From: Nitrosopumilaceae archaeon
Lineage (GTDB): Archaea; Thermoproteota; Nitrososphaeria; Nitrososphaerales; Nitrosopumilaceae
Assembly (NCBI GenBank): GCA_965214835.1
Contig: CBDCCK010000002.1
Coordinates: 768,001 to 832,000 of the forward strand
Direction of reading: 5' to 3'
Length of the DNA stretch: 64,000 bases
Positions 1 through 8,829 of this stretch are shown here, in pieces; the stretch's first letter is position 1; every line of letters starts with the position of its first letter. Made by a program: the position numbers and the translations under genes. Under the pieces are notes generated by a model. It was not told the DNA's origin, did not search any database, and saw only the letters and a list, made by a program, of their open reading frames with translations.

Positions 1-225
1 GGAAACGTTCAGTACAATCCCCTCACCAGAAGAAGTAGAAGGTAGAGCAAAAAGAAGCAAGGATCCCCGCCGATAGCCCCGGCGTCATGCAGTGCCACCT
101 GCATGATGCAGGACAACCCCGCACAGGCGGCGTTCGTGGTGCTGGCTGAAAGACCTTCAAGTTCGGGATCCGCTCCCGATGTACTACACGATACCGTGAA
201 GCTGGCAGTCCCCCCCGGTATCCTG

Positions 226-350
226 GGGGCTGCCGCCTGATTTACTAGGATTTTTGAAGCCATGTGGTGTCGTCCAGATCGGGTGTGAAAGAGATTGGAG
301 TCCAAAAGACGTGCGGGTCGATCCCGGCAGGGGGAATCACGCGAGTCCTC
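226..350 (-). mobile_element. Degenerate copy of ~130-bp MITE (family 1)
   Basis: Aligns by eye along its length with the reverse complement of 35031-35160 (shared ccatgtggtgtcgtc and ggcagggggaat blocks); ends eroded, no clear TSD. Confidence 0.65.
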
Positions 351-361
351 CATCTGGGCCC

Positions 362-1018
362 CTAGCACCTCGAGTAATAGAGTACGAGCTCGTCTCCAAT
401 CCTGCCCGTCCTCTCTAGGCGCAGCCTGGGCGAGTCCCCGACCCTTGCAAACCCGGCGCCCTGCACCAGGGAGACCGCATCGGTGCCGCCGATGATCCTC
501 GGCGATACCGTGACTATGAGCCTGTCAAACAGGCCGTTTTTGACAAAATCCCAGTTTACGGCTCCGCCGCCCTCCACAAGCAGGGTCCTGATTTTTTGCG
601 AGGCAAGCCTTCTCAGGAGCTGCCGTATGCTGACCTGCCTGTCCCCGCAGACAATCACCGTGACCGGGAGTCTTTCCAGCCTCCTCAGGTTCTTCTGGGT
701 GGCAGACTTTGAGACTGCAATGATCGTGGGAACCTGCCCCGCGGTTCTGATGATCCTTGATCCAGATGGGATGGTTCCCCCCGAGTCAAGCACTATGCGC
801 GTGGGATTTTTTCCCCTTGCGTGCCGCACCGTAAGGAGGGGATCGTCCCGCCGCAGCGTATTGCCACCTATCAGGATTGCGTCTGCCCTGGAGCGAAGCC
901 TGTGTACCCTTGCCAGATCCCGCTTGGAGGAGATCCCCGAGGCCCCGCTCCTAGTCGCAATCTTTCCATCCACCGACATTGCAGCCGTGATGATCACGGT
1001 GGGCCTAGATCCTGCCAT
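362..1018 (-). CDS. arfC: 2,5-diamino-6-(ribosylamino)-4(3H)-pyrimidinone 5'-phosphate reductase (stand-alone RibD C-terminal domain)
   Basis: AAMSVDGKIA, DDPLLTVR, LLVEGGG motifs; last gene of riboflavin operon. Confidence 0.9.
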   Translation of the reverse strand: MAGSRPTVIITAAMSVDGKIATRSGASGISSKRDLARVHRLRSRADAILIGGNTLRRDDPLLTVRHARGKNPTRIVLDSGGTIPSGSRIIRTAGQVPTIIAVSKSATQKNLRRLERLPVTVIVCGDRQVSIRQLLRRLASQKIRTLLVEGGGAVNWDFVKNGLFDRLIVTVSPRIIGGTDAVSLVQGAGFARVGDSPRLRLERTGRIGDELVLYYSRC

Positions 1019-2195
1019 GGACGATCTCCCCCCCGATCATCACCGCGCGGATTGCGGTCTCCGAGGCCCTGTGGACTATTGATGCGTGCGGGCTGTGCAT
1101 CGGTTCTAGATCAATCGCATGCTTGTCTAGGAACACCGCGTCTGCAAGCATCCCCCGGCCTATGGCCCCGAGGTTCCTGCGCAGGAGGTGCCCCGCGTTT
1201 ACGGTCGCCATCTGCAGGATTGTTTTAGGGTCAACCCTCCGTCTTTTCAGGCCCATCGTGACCTTCCAGAGATAGTCCATCTCGCGGAACATGTCAGGCG
1301 GATTGATCATGACATTGTCTGTTCCCAGGGCGAGGTTTGCGCCAGCCCTGCGCATCGACTCGATGTCCGGTATTCCTTCGGCCAGGGAGGCGTTTGCCCT
1401 GGGGCACACGACGATTCCGCGGGTTTTCTCGGCCGCCATCCTGAGCTCCCTCGGGCCGGCATAGGTCATGTGGACCATAAAGTGGGGCTTGAGGGCAAGC
1501 GCACGGACGACCTCGGACCTTTTTGTCATTCTCCGGGATGCGGCCGTGCTCTGCCTTGTCTCGGCCGCGTGTATGGCGCGCATCTTTTTTGTCCTGGAGT
1601 AAAGGCCAAGCTGCGAGTCGCTGTTCTCGTTTGCGCCGCTGATGCCCAGTCCGTCGCACTCCCTGAGCAGGGCCCTCAGCTCCCCTGTCCTGGATCCTGG
1701 AAATCCCTCGTTTGCGCGGATCTGTCCTGCGTCATGGTACTGGGCCATCCTGCCCAGCACTATCGGGCGGATGGGCAGGCCCGATACGGCCTCCCTCAGC
1801 AGCGCAATCCCGTCCAGCCCGTCCTCGCGAAAGTCGACAAACGTGGTGATTCCCTTTTGCAGCATCGACTGGCAGGCGCCCCTCATGAAGGCGGCCAGGT
1901 GTCTCGGATCGGTGGCAGAGAGGATTCTTGACTTTGCGCCAGAGACTGGATGGATCCTCCCCTCGACTGATCTGTCAAGCGTCACGTCCTTTCCGATAGA
2001 GTCGCCGATGTGGGTATGGCAGTTTACCAGGCCGGGAATCACCAGCAGGCCCTCGCAGTCCAGGACCTCCTCCCCCCGGCCGGGGCGCAGGCCGGCCCGC
2101 ACTCTGTAGAACTTTTGATCCCTTATCTGGAGGCTTGTCCTCGGGGAGTACTTGAGATCCCTTCCCAAAAGCACGCTTGCGTTTTTTATCAGCAT
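1005..2195 (-). CDS. Metal-dependent amidohydrolase (deaminase-like)
   Basis: PGLVNCHTH, HAAE, LGTDN motifs; overlaps both neighbours. Confidence 0.85.
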   Translation of the reverse strand: MLIKNASVLLGRDLKYSPRTSLQIRDQKFYRVRAGLRPGRGEEVLDCEGLLVIPGLVNCHTHIGDSIGKDVTLDRSVEGRIHPVSGAKSRILSATDPRHLAAFMRGACQSMLQKGITTFVDFREDGLDGIALLREAVSGLPIRPIVLGRMAQYHDAGQIRANEGFPGSRTGELRALLRECDGLGISGANENSDSQLGLYSRTKKMRAIHAAETRQSTAASRRMTKRSEVVRALALKPHFMVHMTYAGPRELRMAAEKTRGIVVCPRANASLAEGIPDIESMRRAGANLALGTDNVMINPPDMFREMDYLWKVTMGLKRRRVDPKTILQMATVNAGHLLRRNLGAIGRGMLADAVFLDKHAIDLEPMHSPHASIVHRASETAIRAVMIGGEIVHGRI

Positions 2196-2938
2196 GACAG
2201 CTCGTAAATTGCCGGCTTTTGCCCTCCTTCGTCCCGTATCTGGCGTATGGTGTCCAGGGATTTCGTTGCAAGCCTTGCGGCGTCCCTGGACGTGCCTGCA
2301 TGGCCGATTCCGCAGTTTAGTGTCATGTTGCCCTCCCTCTGCACTAGGTCGATGAACTCCTGCGCCGACGGCCTGGGATCCCCGTGGGATACAACCATGA
2401 AGTTGTCCCCCCCCAGGAAGAACGCCAGGGATTTTTTCTCCATAAAGAACGCGGACATTTTTGCCAAAAGCCAGAACATGGAGCTTGAGACTTCATAGGG
2501 GGATTTTGTCCTTTGTGAGGAGGTGAGATCCTCCACGTCCATGTGCATGATTGTGGCCTGTTTTTCGGACTCGTCAATATGGCCGTAGATGGCGTGCCGC
2601 TCGCTCAGAAGCGCCCCGGATTTTCGTGCATCAAACGCATCAAGGTTTGCCTCATAGGGGGTATCTGCACATCCGATCGACATTGCAAGGCGCAAGTCAA
2701 ACCTTGACTCGAGGTGCTCCTGTATGGAAATGTGGTCCCCAAGTGCAAGGCCGTTGGTTACTGCAAAGCACTCGTCGCCGCGGTTGAGGAAGACAAGGCT
2801 GCCTCTTTGGGAGAACTGATCCTGAAGCTCCCTGTACAGCGAGGCCTGGAGCATCTGCAGCTCGTGCTCCCTGTCGCTTCCCAGGGTAAGCGTCCAGGGG
2901 CCGTATCCGGTGATCTTCATTATGGTCAGCTGGATCAT
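2189..2938 (-). CDS. gch3: GTP cyclohydrolase III (IIa)
   Basis: GYGPWTLTLGSDREHELQMLQ and FLGGDNFM signatures. Confidence 0.92.
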   Translation of the reverse strand: MIQLTIMKITGYGPWTLTLGSDREHELQMLQASLYRELQDQFSQRGSLVFLNRGDECFAVTNGLALGDHISIQEHLESRFDLRLAMSIGCADTPYEANLDAFDARKSGALLSERHAIYGHIDESEKQATIMHMDVEDLTSSQRTKSPYEVSSSMFWLLAKMSAFFMEKKSLAFFLGGDNFMVVSHGDPRPSAQEFIDLVQREGNMTLNCGIGHAGTSRDAARLATKSLDTIRQIRDEGGQKPAIYELSC

Positions 2939-3351
2939 TTTGTGATTTTTTTCAGCTCCCTTGAAATTTTCAGCACCGCCTCCACTGCGCGCTCGGCTAC
3001 CGGACGGATTCGGGCATATGCGTGTCTTTGCTGCATTCCGGGGCCCGATATTCCCAGTGATACTGGCTTTTTGTGCCTGACGGACAGCTCGGATAGCGCC
3101 TGTGCTGCCGCATGCGATATCACCTCGTCATGCTTGGTCTGGCCCCGGATTATGGCGCCCAGTGTGACTACTGCATCGATGTCCTTTCTCTGCAGCAGTG
3201 CATCCACGATTATCGGCATGTCGTAGGATCCCGGAACGTGCGCGATGTGCCTTACCTTGAGATTCAGCTGCTCTGCCCTCTCCTCGGCTACTGCCTGCAT
3301 GCGGGAGGTTACCTCCCCGTTGAACTCCGCGACCACCAAGGCAATGTTCAA
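2935..3351 (-). CDS. ribH: 6,7-dimethyl-8-ribityllumazine synthase
   Basis: VAEFN, VPGSYDMP, LGAIIRGQTKH motifs. Confidence 0.95.
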   Translation of the reverse strand: MNIALVVAEFNGEVTSRMQAVAEERAEQLNLKVRHIAHVPGSYDMPIIVDALLQRKDIDAVVTLGAIIRGQTKHDEVISHAAAQALSELSVRHKKPVSLGISGPGMQQRHAYARIRPVAERAVEAVLKISRELKKITK

Positions 3352-3353
3352 AA

Positions 3354-4022
3354 TCAGTGCACCCGGGAGTATTCCAGCAGCTCCCTACCGTCCAGGAAGG
3401 GAATCGCGTTGTGCCTGGCGTACTTTTGCGCCTTTTCAACGGATAGTGCAGAGTAGGTCTGGGCATCCATCATCTCACAGATGGCAGTGACCGGTACAAG
3501 TCCCGCGATTTTGCCCAGATAGACGGACATCTCCGTATGGCCCTGGCGCTTTGAGAGCAGCCCCTCGGATGCTATCAGCAGCGGGACGTGTCCGGGGGTC
3601 TTAAACGAGGACACGAACTTCTTTCGGGGGCCATCCACGCCGTAGAGCCTTGCCATCTCCTGCACGGTGACTGCCCGGTCCTTGTCGGTAATGCCGGTGT
3701 ATGTCCTGTAATGGTTGACGCTGATTGAAAAGGTGGGGTGATCCCCGTAGGGGGCCAGTCCCATGATCATCTCCCTGTCCTCCCCGGACAGCGAGCGGCC
3801 CAGGATTTCATGCATGTATCGGAGTCCAAGCCTGTCTGCAAACGGCCTGCCGACTGCAAGACAGAGCAGCCCGCCTGCATGCTGCCGCATCCTGGCGATG
3901 TGCTCCGGCGTTACAAACTGTGCGGCTACTGCCATGTCGACCTCGTTTTCCCTGCCCTCGGAGTCGTAAAGCAGGACAAACTCCCCGCGCCTGAGCGAAT
4001 CAACGGCAGCCTCTATACCCAT
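3354..4022 (-). CDS. ribB: 3,4-dihydroxy-2-butanone-4-phosphate synthase
   Basis: REnEvD, TGITDKDRA, PGHV, RQGHTE, ICEMM; start set at ATG 4022 (MGIEAA). Confidence 0.93.
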   Translation of the reverse strand: MGIEAAVDSLRRGEFVLLYDSEGRENEVDMAVAAQFVTPEHIARMRQHAGGLLCLAVGRPFADRLGLRYMHEILGRSLSGEDREMIMGLAPYGDHPTFSISVNHYRTYTGITDKDRAVTVQEMARLYGVDGPRKKFVSSFKTPGHVPLLIASEGLLSKRQGHTEMSVYLGKIAGLVPVTAICEMMDAQTYSALSVEKAQKYARHNAIPFLDGRELLEYSRVH

Positions 4023-4094
4023 GTGGAAAATCGCCGCCGTTCTGGTTATAAGGATTACTAAAAAAATGGTAACTACCACTGGAGTTGTAAATGG

Positions 4095-4685
4095 CTATCT
4101 TCGTGCCAGGATGTACTTGCCAAGTATGTCGGTTTCAATATTGACCCTGTCGCCTGCCCTTCGTGTCTTGAAGTTTGTAACATCGACTGTATGTGGAATA
4201 AGGCAGACTGATGCGATCCCGTCTTTTGCATCGACAACCGTCAGGCTGATGCCGTCGATTGCAATGGAGCCCTTTTTGACGACGTACCTTGCCAGGCTTT
4301 TTGGAAGCTCTACCCAGACCCGGATCTCCTTTGGTCTTTTCTGGATTTTCTTGATGGTGGCAGTCCCATCCACGTGGCCCAGCACAAAGTGTCCCTCCAG
4401 GCGGTCGCCTGCCCTCAGGCTCCGTTCAATGTTTACCATGCTGCCCTTTCTGAGGTTTCCAAGGTCGGTCTTTTTTGTGGTCTCCTCTATCATCTCAAAA
4501 CTGCACCTGTTTTTTAGCAGTCTTGTGACAGTAAGGCACGCCCCGTTGAGGGCTACGCTCTGCCCGATTTTGAGTCCCTTGGTGTTTTTTCCGAGATCGA
4601 CGGTCACCTCGACTGCGCTGCGGTTCTTTGTGCTTTTGGAGATTTTTTCCACCCTTCCAACCCCCTCGACTATTCCGGTAAACAT
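4095..4685 (-). CDS. ribE: Riboflavin synthase, bacterial alpha-chain type
   Basis: N-terminal MFTGIVE, NGACLTV, GHFVLGHVD, DGISLTV. Confidence 0.95.
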   Translation of the reverse strand: MFTGIVEGVGRVEKISKSTKNRSAVEVTVDLGKNTKGLKIGQSVALNGACLTVTRLLKNRCSFEMIEETTKKTDLGNLRKGSMVNIERSLRAGDRLEGHFVLGHVDGTATIKKIQKRPKEIRVWVELPKSLARYVVKKGSIAIDGISLTVVDAKDGIASVCLIPHTVDVTNFKTRRAGDRVNIETDILGKYILARR

Positions 4686-4725
4686 GATCACGGTTCCGCC
4701 CCTTGTTTTATAAAACAAGCTGCAG

Positions 4726-5442
4726 TCATTTCTGGTTTTTTGACCGCTCCATCGAGTCAAACTCCTCGCTGCAAAACTGGTGAAACACCGAGCACCTGTT
4801 TTCTCTTGCAGCGTCCTTGAACTTTTGCATCCTCTCAATCAGAACCCCCTGGGCTGCAAGAAACGACTCGTCCTCCCTTCCCAGCCTGGAGAACATGTCG
4901 GACTTGGCCCCGGACACGCCCTCGACCGTGGAATCCACCTGCTGGACCAGATCATAGGTCTGGGCCGCCTTTTCGAACTCCCCCAAGAGACCCAGGGAGT
5001 TTGCCTTGTTGAGCAGTGCGGTGACATTCTTTGGATCCAGTCCTATGGCCCGGTCATAGAGTGCCAGGGCGTCTTTGTGCCTGTCAAGCTCGTTTAGTGC
5101 AAGCCCCTTGGTGTTCAGAGCCCACACGTCCCGGGGGTCTGCGGCCAGGAGGTTGTCGGCGCACTCGACTACCTTGTCGAACTGCCGCATTCCCTCCAGG
5201 CTTAGGATTTTGTTGTGCAGTGCATGCTCGTCGGTCGGGCTTTTTTCCAGGGTGATGTTGCAGTAGACCAGTGCCTCCTCATATTCTCGAATCTGCAAGA
5301 ATGCGGTGGATATGTTTTGCAATGCCAGCAGGTCATTGGGATCCTGGTTCAAGAGTTTCTTGCAAAATACGATGAGATCCTCGAACTTTTCGGCCTCAAA
5401 CATTCTGGTCATCACGGTCAGGGGATCAAGCAGGTCAACCAA
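4726..5442 (-). CDS. Tetratricopeptide repeat protein
   Basis: Repeated 34-aa helical units (ALxNKG/A...DP). Confidence 0.85.
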   Translation of the reverse strand: MVDLLDPLTVMTRMFEAEKFEDLIVFCKKLLNQDPNDLLALQNISTAFLQIREYEEALVYCNITLEKSPTDEHALHNKILSLEGMRQFDKVVECADNLLAADPRDVWALNTKGLALNELDRHKDALALYDRAIGLDPKNVTALLNKANSLGLLGEFEKAAQTYDLVQQVDSTVEGVSGAKSDMFSRLGREDESFLAAQGVLIERMQKFKDAARENRCSVFHQFCSEEFDSMERSKNQK

Positions 5443-5542
5443 GTATACCAGGGATACTCGTACATCGTAGCCTTTATGGTTTGTCTAAAAAGGGGAGTGT
5501 TTTTACATCTGACGGGGTTTGTGGGTGACAGCCTGCAATACT

Positions 5543-5621
5543 AGGCCTTATGCGTAGTCGGTTCAAATCAAAAAAAATCAGGCAGCTTTTACGTCATTTT
5601 TGGTAGTTACGCATAAGGACT
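5543..5621. mobile_element. ~78-bp MITE-like element (family 3)
   Basis: Terminal inverted repeats ccttatgcgta / tacgcataagg; homologous copy near 61080-61152. Confidence 0.6.
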
Positions 5622-5825
5622 GCTGTGTACAAGCTTCCCAAGCGTTGCATAGTACTCAGACGAGGATGTCTCTTTTTGCCCGGTGCCGGTATTTTTCCAT
5701 GCCGCTGAGCTCCAAGGTGGCCGCCGGCAGGCACCTGGCCCTTACGGTGTCTCCATTGCCTTCCACGAATTTCTTTACATCCTTACCTGTTTTGACACAA
5801 AATGATTGGTTTTCAATCATAGGCA

Positions 5826-6330
5826 CTACGCAGGCGCCTCCCGACGTATCAATACCTGGAAACTGTACAGGCTTTGCTTCGAGCAACCTGCGGGGAACCT
5901 GATCGGTGATGTCCGTACTGTATTGTCGACATTGTTTTTCACGATACCTTTATGCGAGCCAGTAGAGATCCCCACGACTTGGATCACTCCGACCTCGACT
6001 GTGATTCCAGAATCGATATAATGTTGGACTATCTCGTCGGCGGCCATATCCAACTCGTTCATGGAACCGCCCCAACTACGCAGCCCGTTTGTCATGTCCG
6101 GAAATGAGAGCCCGCCATCACTAGTCTCGATGGAATCCCTCTTCATGTATCCCAGCAGCACCGAATGCTCCAGTTTCCATGCTTTCCACTCGGCAGGCGT
6201 GGTCGGATCCGCCGATGATACCGTTTCATTCATGTCGCCCATTACATCGGCCTTGATATTGAACTTCTTGATAAGATCTGTCCGGTTCTGCCCCATAAAA
6301 TACACAATCTGCCGGCACTTTGCTGTCTGC
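5826..6330 (-). pseudogene. Fragment of a repeated-module hypothetical protein
   Basis: Shares RQ(I/L)VxFMxQ...N(I/T)KA..M..MNE and MT..LRSW...YID.G blocks with 7393-7920. Confidence 0.5.
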
Positions 6331-6411
6331 GGTCATCACCATGCAGATTAGAAATTTTTCAACAATAGGAAGCATCTCCCTGCGTGGTTTATACCCACAT
6401 GTGTTGAAAAA

Positions 6412-6502
6412 GTAAGAGTTTACCCCCTCCCGAAAATGTGGCGTGGTAGGCACGGTGATCAAGGTTCTGGTCGGTAACGTCGCCTATGGGATAAACTCTT
6501 GA
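6412..6502 (+). mobile_element. ~90-bp MITE-like element (family 2), copy A
   Basis: TIRs aagagtttaccc / gggataaactctt; homologous to 22325, 23047 and 54491 copies. Confidence 0.75.
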
Positions 6503-6509
6503 GAAATTT

Positions 6510-6884
6510 TCAATCGTCACTGTGGATCTTTTCTCTGATTCTCTTTTTTGCAATCTCAAGGGCAAGCTTGCCTATAGATTTTGCCTGTGCCGAGTCCGGG
6601 TTCAGCTTGTATAATATGGCATTTCCAACCTTCCTTGTTCTCTTTAAGACTCCCTGATCCTCCAGCTTGTGTATGATGTTCAGAGTTGTCTTGAAACCCA
6701 CTCCTGAGATTTTAGATATGTCTGAGATTGAGTAATCAAAGCTTTTCATCGTAACCATATGATCCAAAATTTTAGATTCTGAACATGGAAAGGTACTTGC
6801 CAGAGGCCCAATCTCTGTTTTTTTAGTTGTTGTTTTTTTTCTGGAAGGAGATCTAGCTCCAAATCTTTTCTGTAGGCTTGTCAC
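6510..6884 (-). CDS. Winged helix-turn-helix protein
   Basis: KILDHM...DYSISDISKISGVGFKT...KLEDQGVLKRTRKVGNAILYKLN; AT-rich. Confidence 0.75.
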   Translation of the reverse strand: MTSLQKRFGARSPSRKKTTTKKTEIGPLASTFPCSESKILDHMVTMKSFDYSISDISKISGVGFKTTLNIIHKLEDQGVLKRTRKVGNAILYKLNPDSAQAKSIGKLALEIAKKRIREKIHSDD

Positions 6885-6930
6885 ACTCGATTATAGCGGT
6901 ATTATTTATTTAAATATTTACCTGTTAGTG

Positions 6931-6944
6931 TGTAATTTATTACA
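6931..6944. promoter_or_regulatory. Palindrome TGTAA-N4-TTACA in divergent promoter, putative operator
   Basis: tgtaatttattaca, with a related tgtataatatgttaca ~30 bp downstream, between two divergent wHTH-like genes. Confidence 0.4.
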
Positions 6945-6980
6945 TAATATTAATACGTCATCTGTATAATATGTTACATA

Positions 6981-7227
6981 ATGAAGCTGGATTCCCTTGC
7001 CATCAACACGCTAAGAAAGATGTACTTTTATGGATACATCGGTGGCAAACACACGTCCATTGATAATCTTCAGAAAAGTTTTCCAAAACACGAGAGGCAA
7101 TCTCAAAGGAGCAGTCAAGGCCCTCATCAAAGCTAATCTAATTATTCCAAAGTCTACGGGCTATGGGAAACATTGCTCGCTTAATCCAAGAATGATCAAT
7201 GAAATAGAAAAATTGATTGAGAAATGA
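6981..7227 (+). pseudogene. Frameshifted small winged-helix-like archaeal protein
   Basis: ATG 6981 reads MKLDSLAINTLRKMYFYGYIGGKHTSIDNLQKSFPKHE and continues in another frame as RGNLKGAVKALIKANLIIPKSTGYGKHCSLNP; shift at cacgagaggc (~7090-7099). Confidence 0.6.
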
Positions 7228-7319
7228 TCTTACGCCGGCCAAGTTGCAGCATGATCAGGCCATCATTGTCCAGTATGTGACGGATTCTCTCATCTGTCAC
7301 TGGAATGGCAGATGATGAC

Positions 7320-7920
7320 ACTCTAGCTCATGTCTTTTATCTCGTCGACCTTGATATTGAACTTCTTGGCAAGATCTGCCCAGCTTGCCTCATCAAATAC
7401 ACGAGTTGTCGGTACTCTGGCTGTCCGCTATCATGTAGAGATCGTGCCCAAACTTCGTACCGGTCTTTACCAGTACGCCCATATCGATGTACTTTTGGAC
7501 CAGTTCCTCCTGGGTCATGCCGCCCATGTCGTATGATGCCCAGCTGCGCAGCCAACCGGTCATCTCCCCGATGAGAAGGCCCTTGACCTCGCCGTAGCCC
7601 TTTACATCCCTTACAAAGTCGAGCAGACTTTTGCCGTCTGGGGGCATGTCTTGAAGCATGTCTTGTGTGTCCACCTGTGATGCCTTCGATGTAATTTCGT
7701 TCATGCTTTTCATCTCACCGGCCTTGGTATTAAGACTCGAGGCAATATCTGCCCAGCTCTGCACCATAAAGCACACGAGTTGCCGGTACGCATTGTCTCC
7801 ATGCCAACCCCCGCGATAATGACCCGGGGGAGATGGGTTACTGGTAAAGCCAGCAAGTGAGTCTATCAAAAAGAGGGCAAGTCGCACTTTGGATTTGAGA
7901 GGGGATCGTTCAAAAAACAT
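7320..7920 (-). pseudogene. Frameshifted repeated-module hypothetical protein
   Basis: Two copies of YRQLVxxMxQxWAD(I/L)A..(L/F)NxK..E.K.M, the second broken by frameshifts and a stop. Confidence 0.5.
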
Positions 7921-7961
7921 GGATGTAATGGGCGGTAGAATCCGAGTACCGGTCTGCGGTG

Positions 7962-8825
7962 CTAGGGCTGGCCGACCAGATCAAGCAGCGCCCTTGCCTG
8001 CTTGTAGTGCACCTCGTCGATCATCTTGCCCTCGACTGCGGTCGCACCCCTCCCCTTTTCGGTGGATTTCAGGTACGCATCACACACCTTCCTTGCCCAT
8101 TCGATTTCCGTCTTGTTGGGATGAAATATTCTGTGGACGGTCCTGATCTGGTCGGGATGAATTATGCTCTTTCCGGCATATCCAAGGCCCCTTCCGATCC
8201 TACAGTCACTAGCAAGCCCCCTGCTGTCTCCGATGTCCTGCCAGATTGCGTCGATTGCGGGCACTCCGGCGGCCCGGGAATCAACCGGGATCTTTGCGCG
8301 GGAGTATGCGGCCCCCTGCGGCTGTTTTGCATACTCTATTCCCAGGTCATTGAGCAGATCAAACACACCAAAGACGACGGCACAGACCCTTTTGCCATGT
8401 GCAGAGATTTCGTATGCGTTGACCACCCCCTCGGCAGACTCGATTGAGGGAATGATCTGGACGGGTCCGAGCCCTGCCTTTTTCTCGGCTGCCCCGAGGG
8501 CCCTCTCTACTTCTCTTAGATCCCCCGCCCTGCTGACCTTGGGTACCACGATTCCATCGATTCCCTTTCGTACTATTTCTCTGAGATCGTCTGGAATCAT
8601 GCCGGATGCGGGCGCGTTGGTCCGCACAAAGACAGACGCCCTGTACTGGGAGTGGGATCCTAGCGCGGCACGGACAAGCCTGCGTGCGGCCTTTTTTTCA
8701 GACGGGGGGACAGAGTCCTCCAGATCAAGGCAGACGATGTCTGCCTCCAGTGACTTGGCCTTTTCTAAGAATCTGGGGTTGTTGCCAGGAACAAAAATGA
8801 GGCTTCTGAAGAGCCGGGCCATCAA
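7962..8825 (-). CDS. CitE/HpcH-family CoA-ester lyase
   Basis: RSLIFVPG, DLEDSV, IESAEG, FGVFD, GKSIIHP. Confidence 0.9.
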   Translation of the reverse strand: MMARLFRSLIFVPGNNPRFLEKAKSLEADIVCLDLEDSVPPSEKKAARRLVRAALGSHSQYRASVFVRTNAPASGMIPDDLREIVRKGIDGIVVPKVSRAGDLREVERALGAAEKKAGLGPVQIIPSIESAEGVVNAYEISAHGKRVCAVVFGVFDLLNDLGIEYAKQPQGAAYSRAKIPVDSRAAGVPAIDAIWQDIGDSRGLASDCRIGRGLGYAGKSIIHPDQIRTVHRIFHPNKTEIEWARKVCDAYLKSTEKGRGATAVEGKMIDEVHYKQARALLDLVGQP

Positions 8826-8829
8826 ATGA

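Noticed and set aside
9-368. 119-aa minus-strand ORF as a gene
   Set aside because: Runs through a MITE copy and has no recognisable motifs
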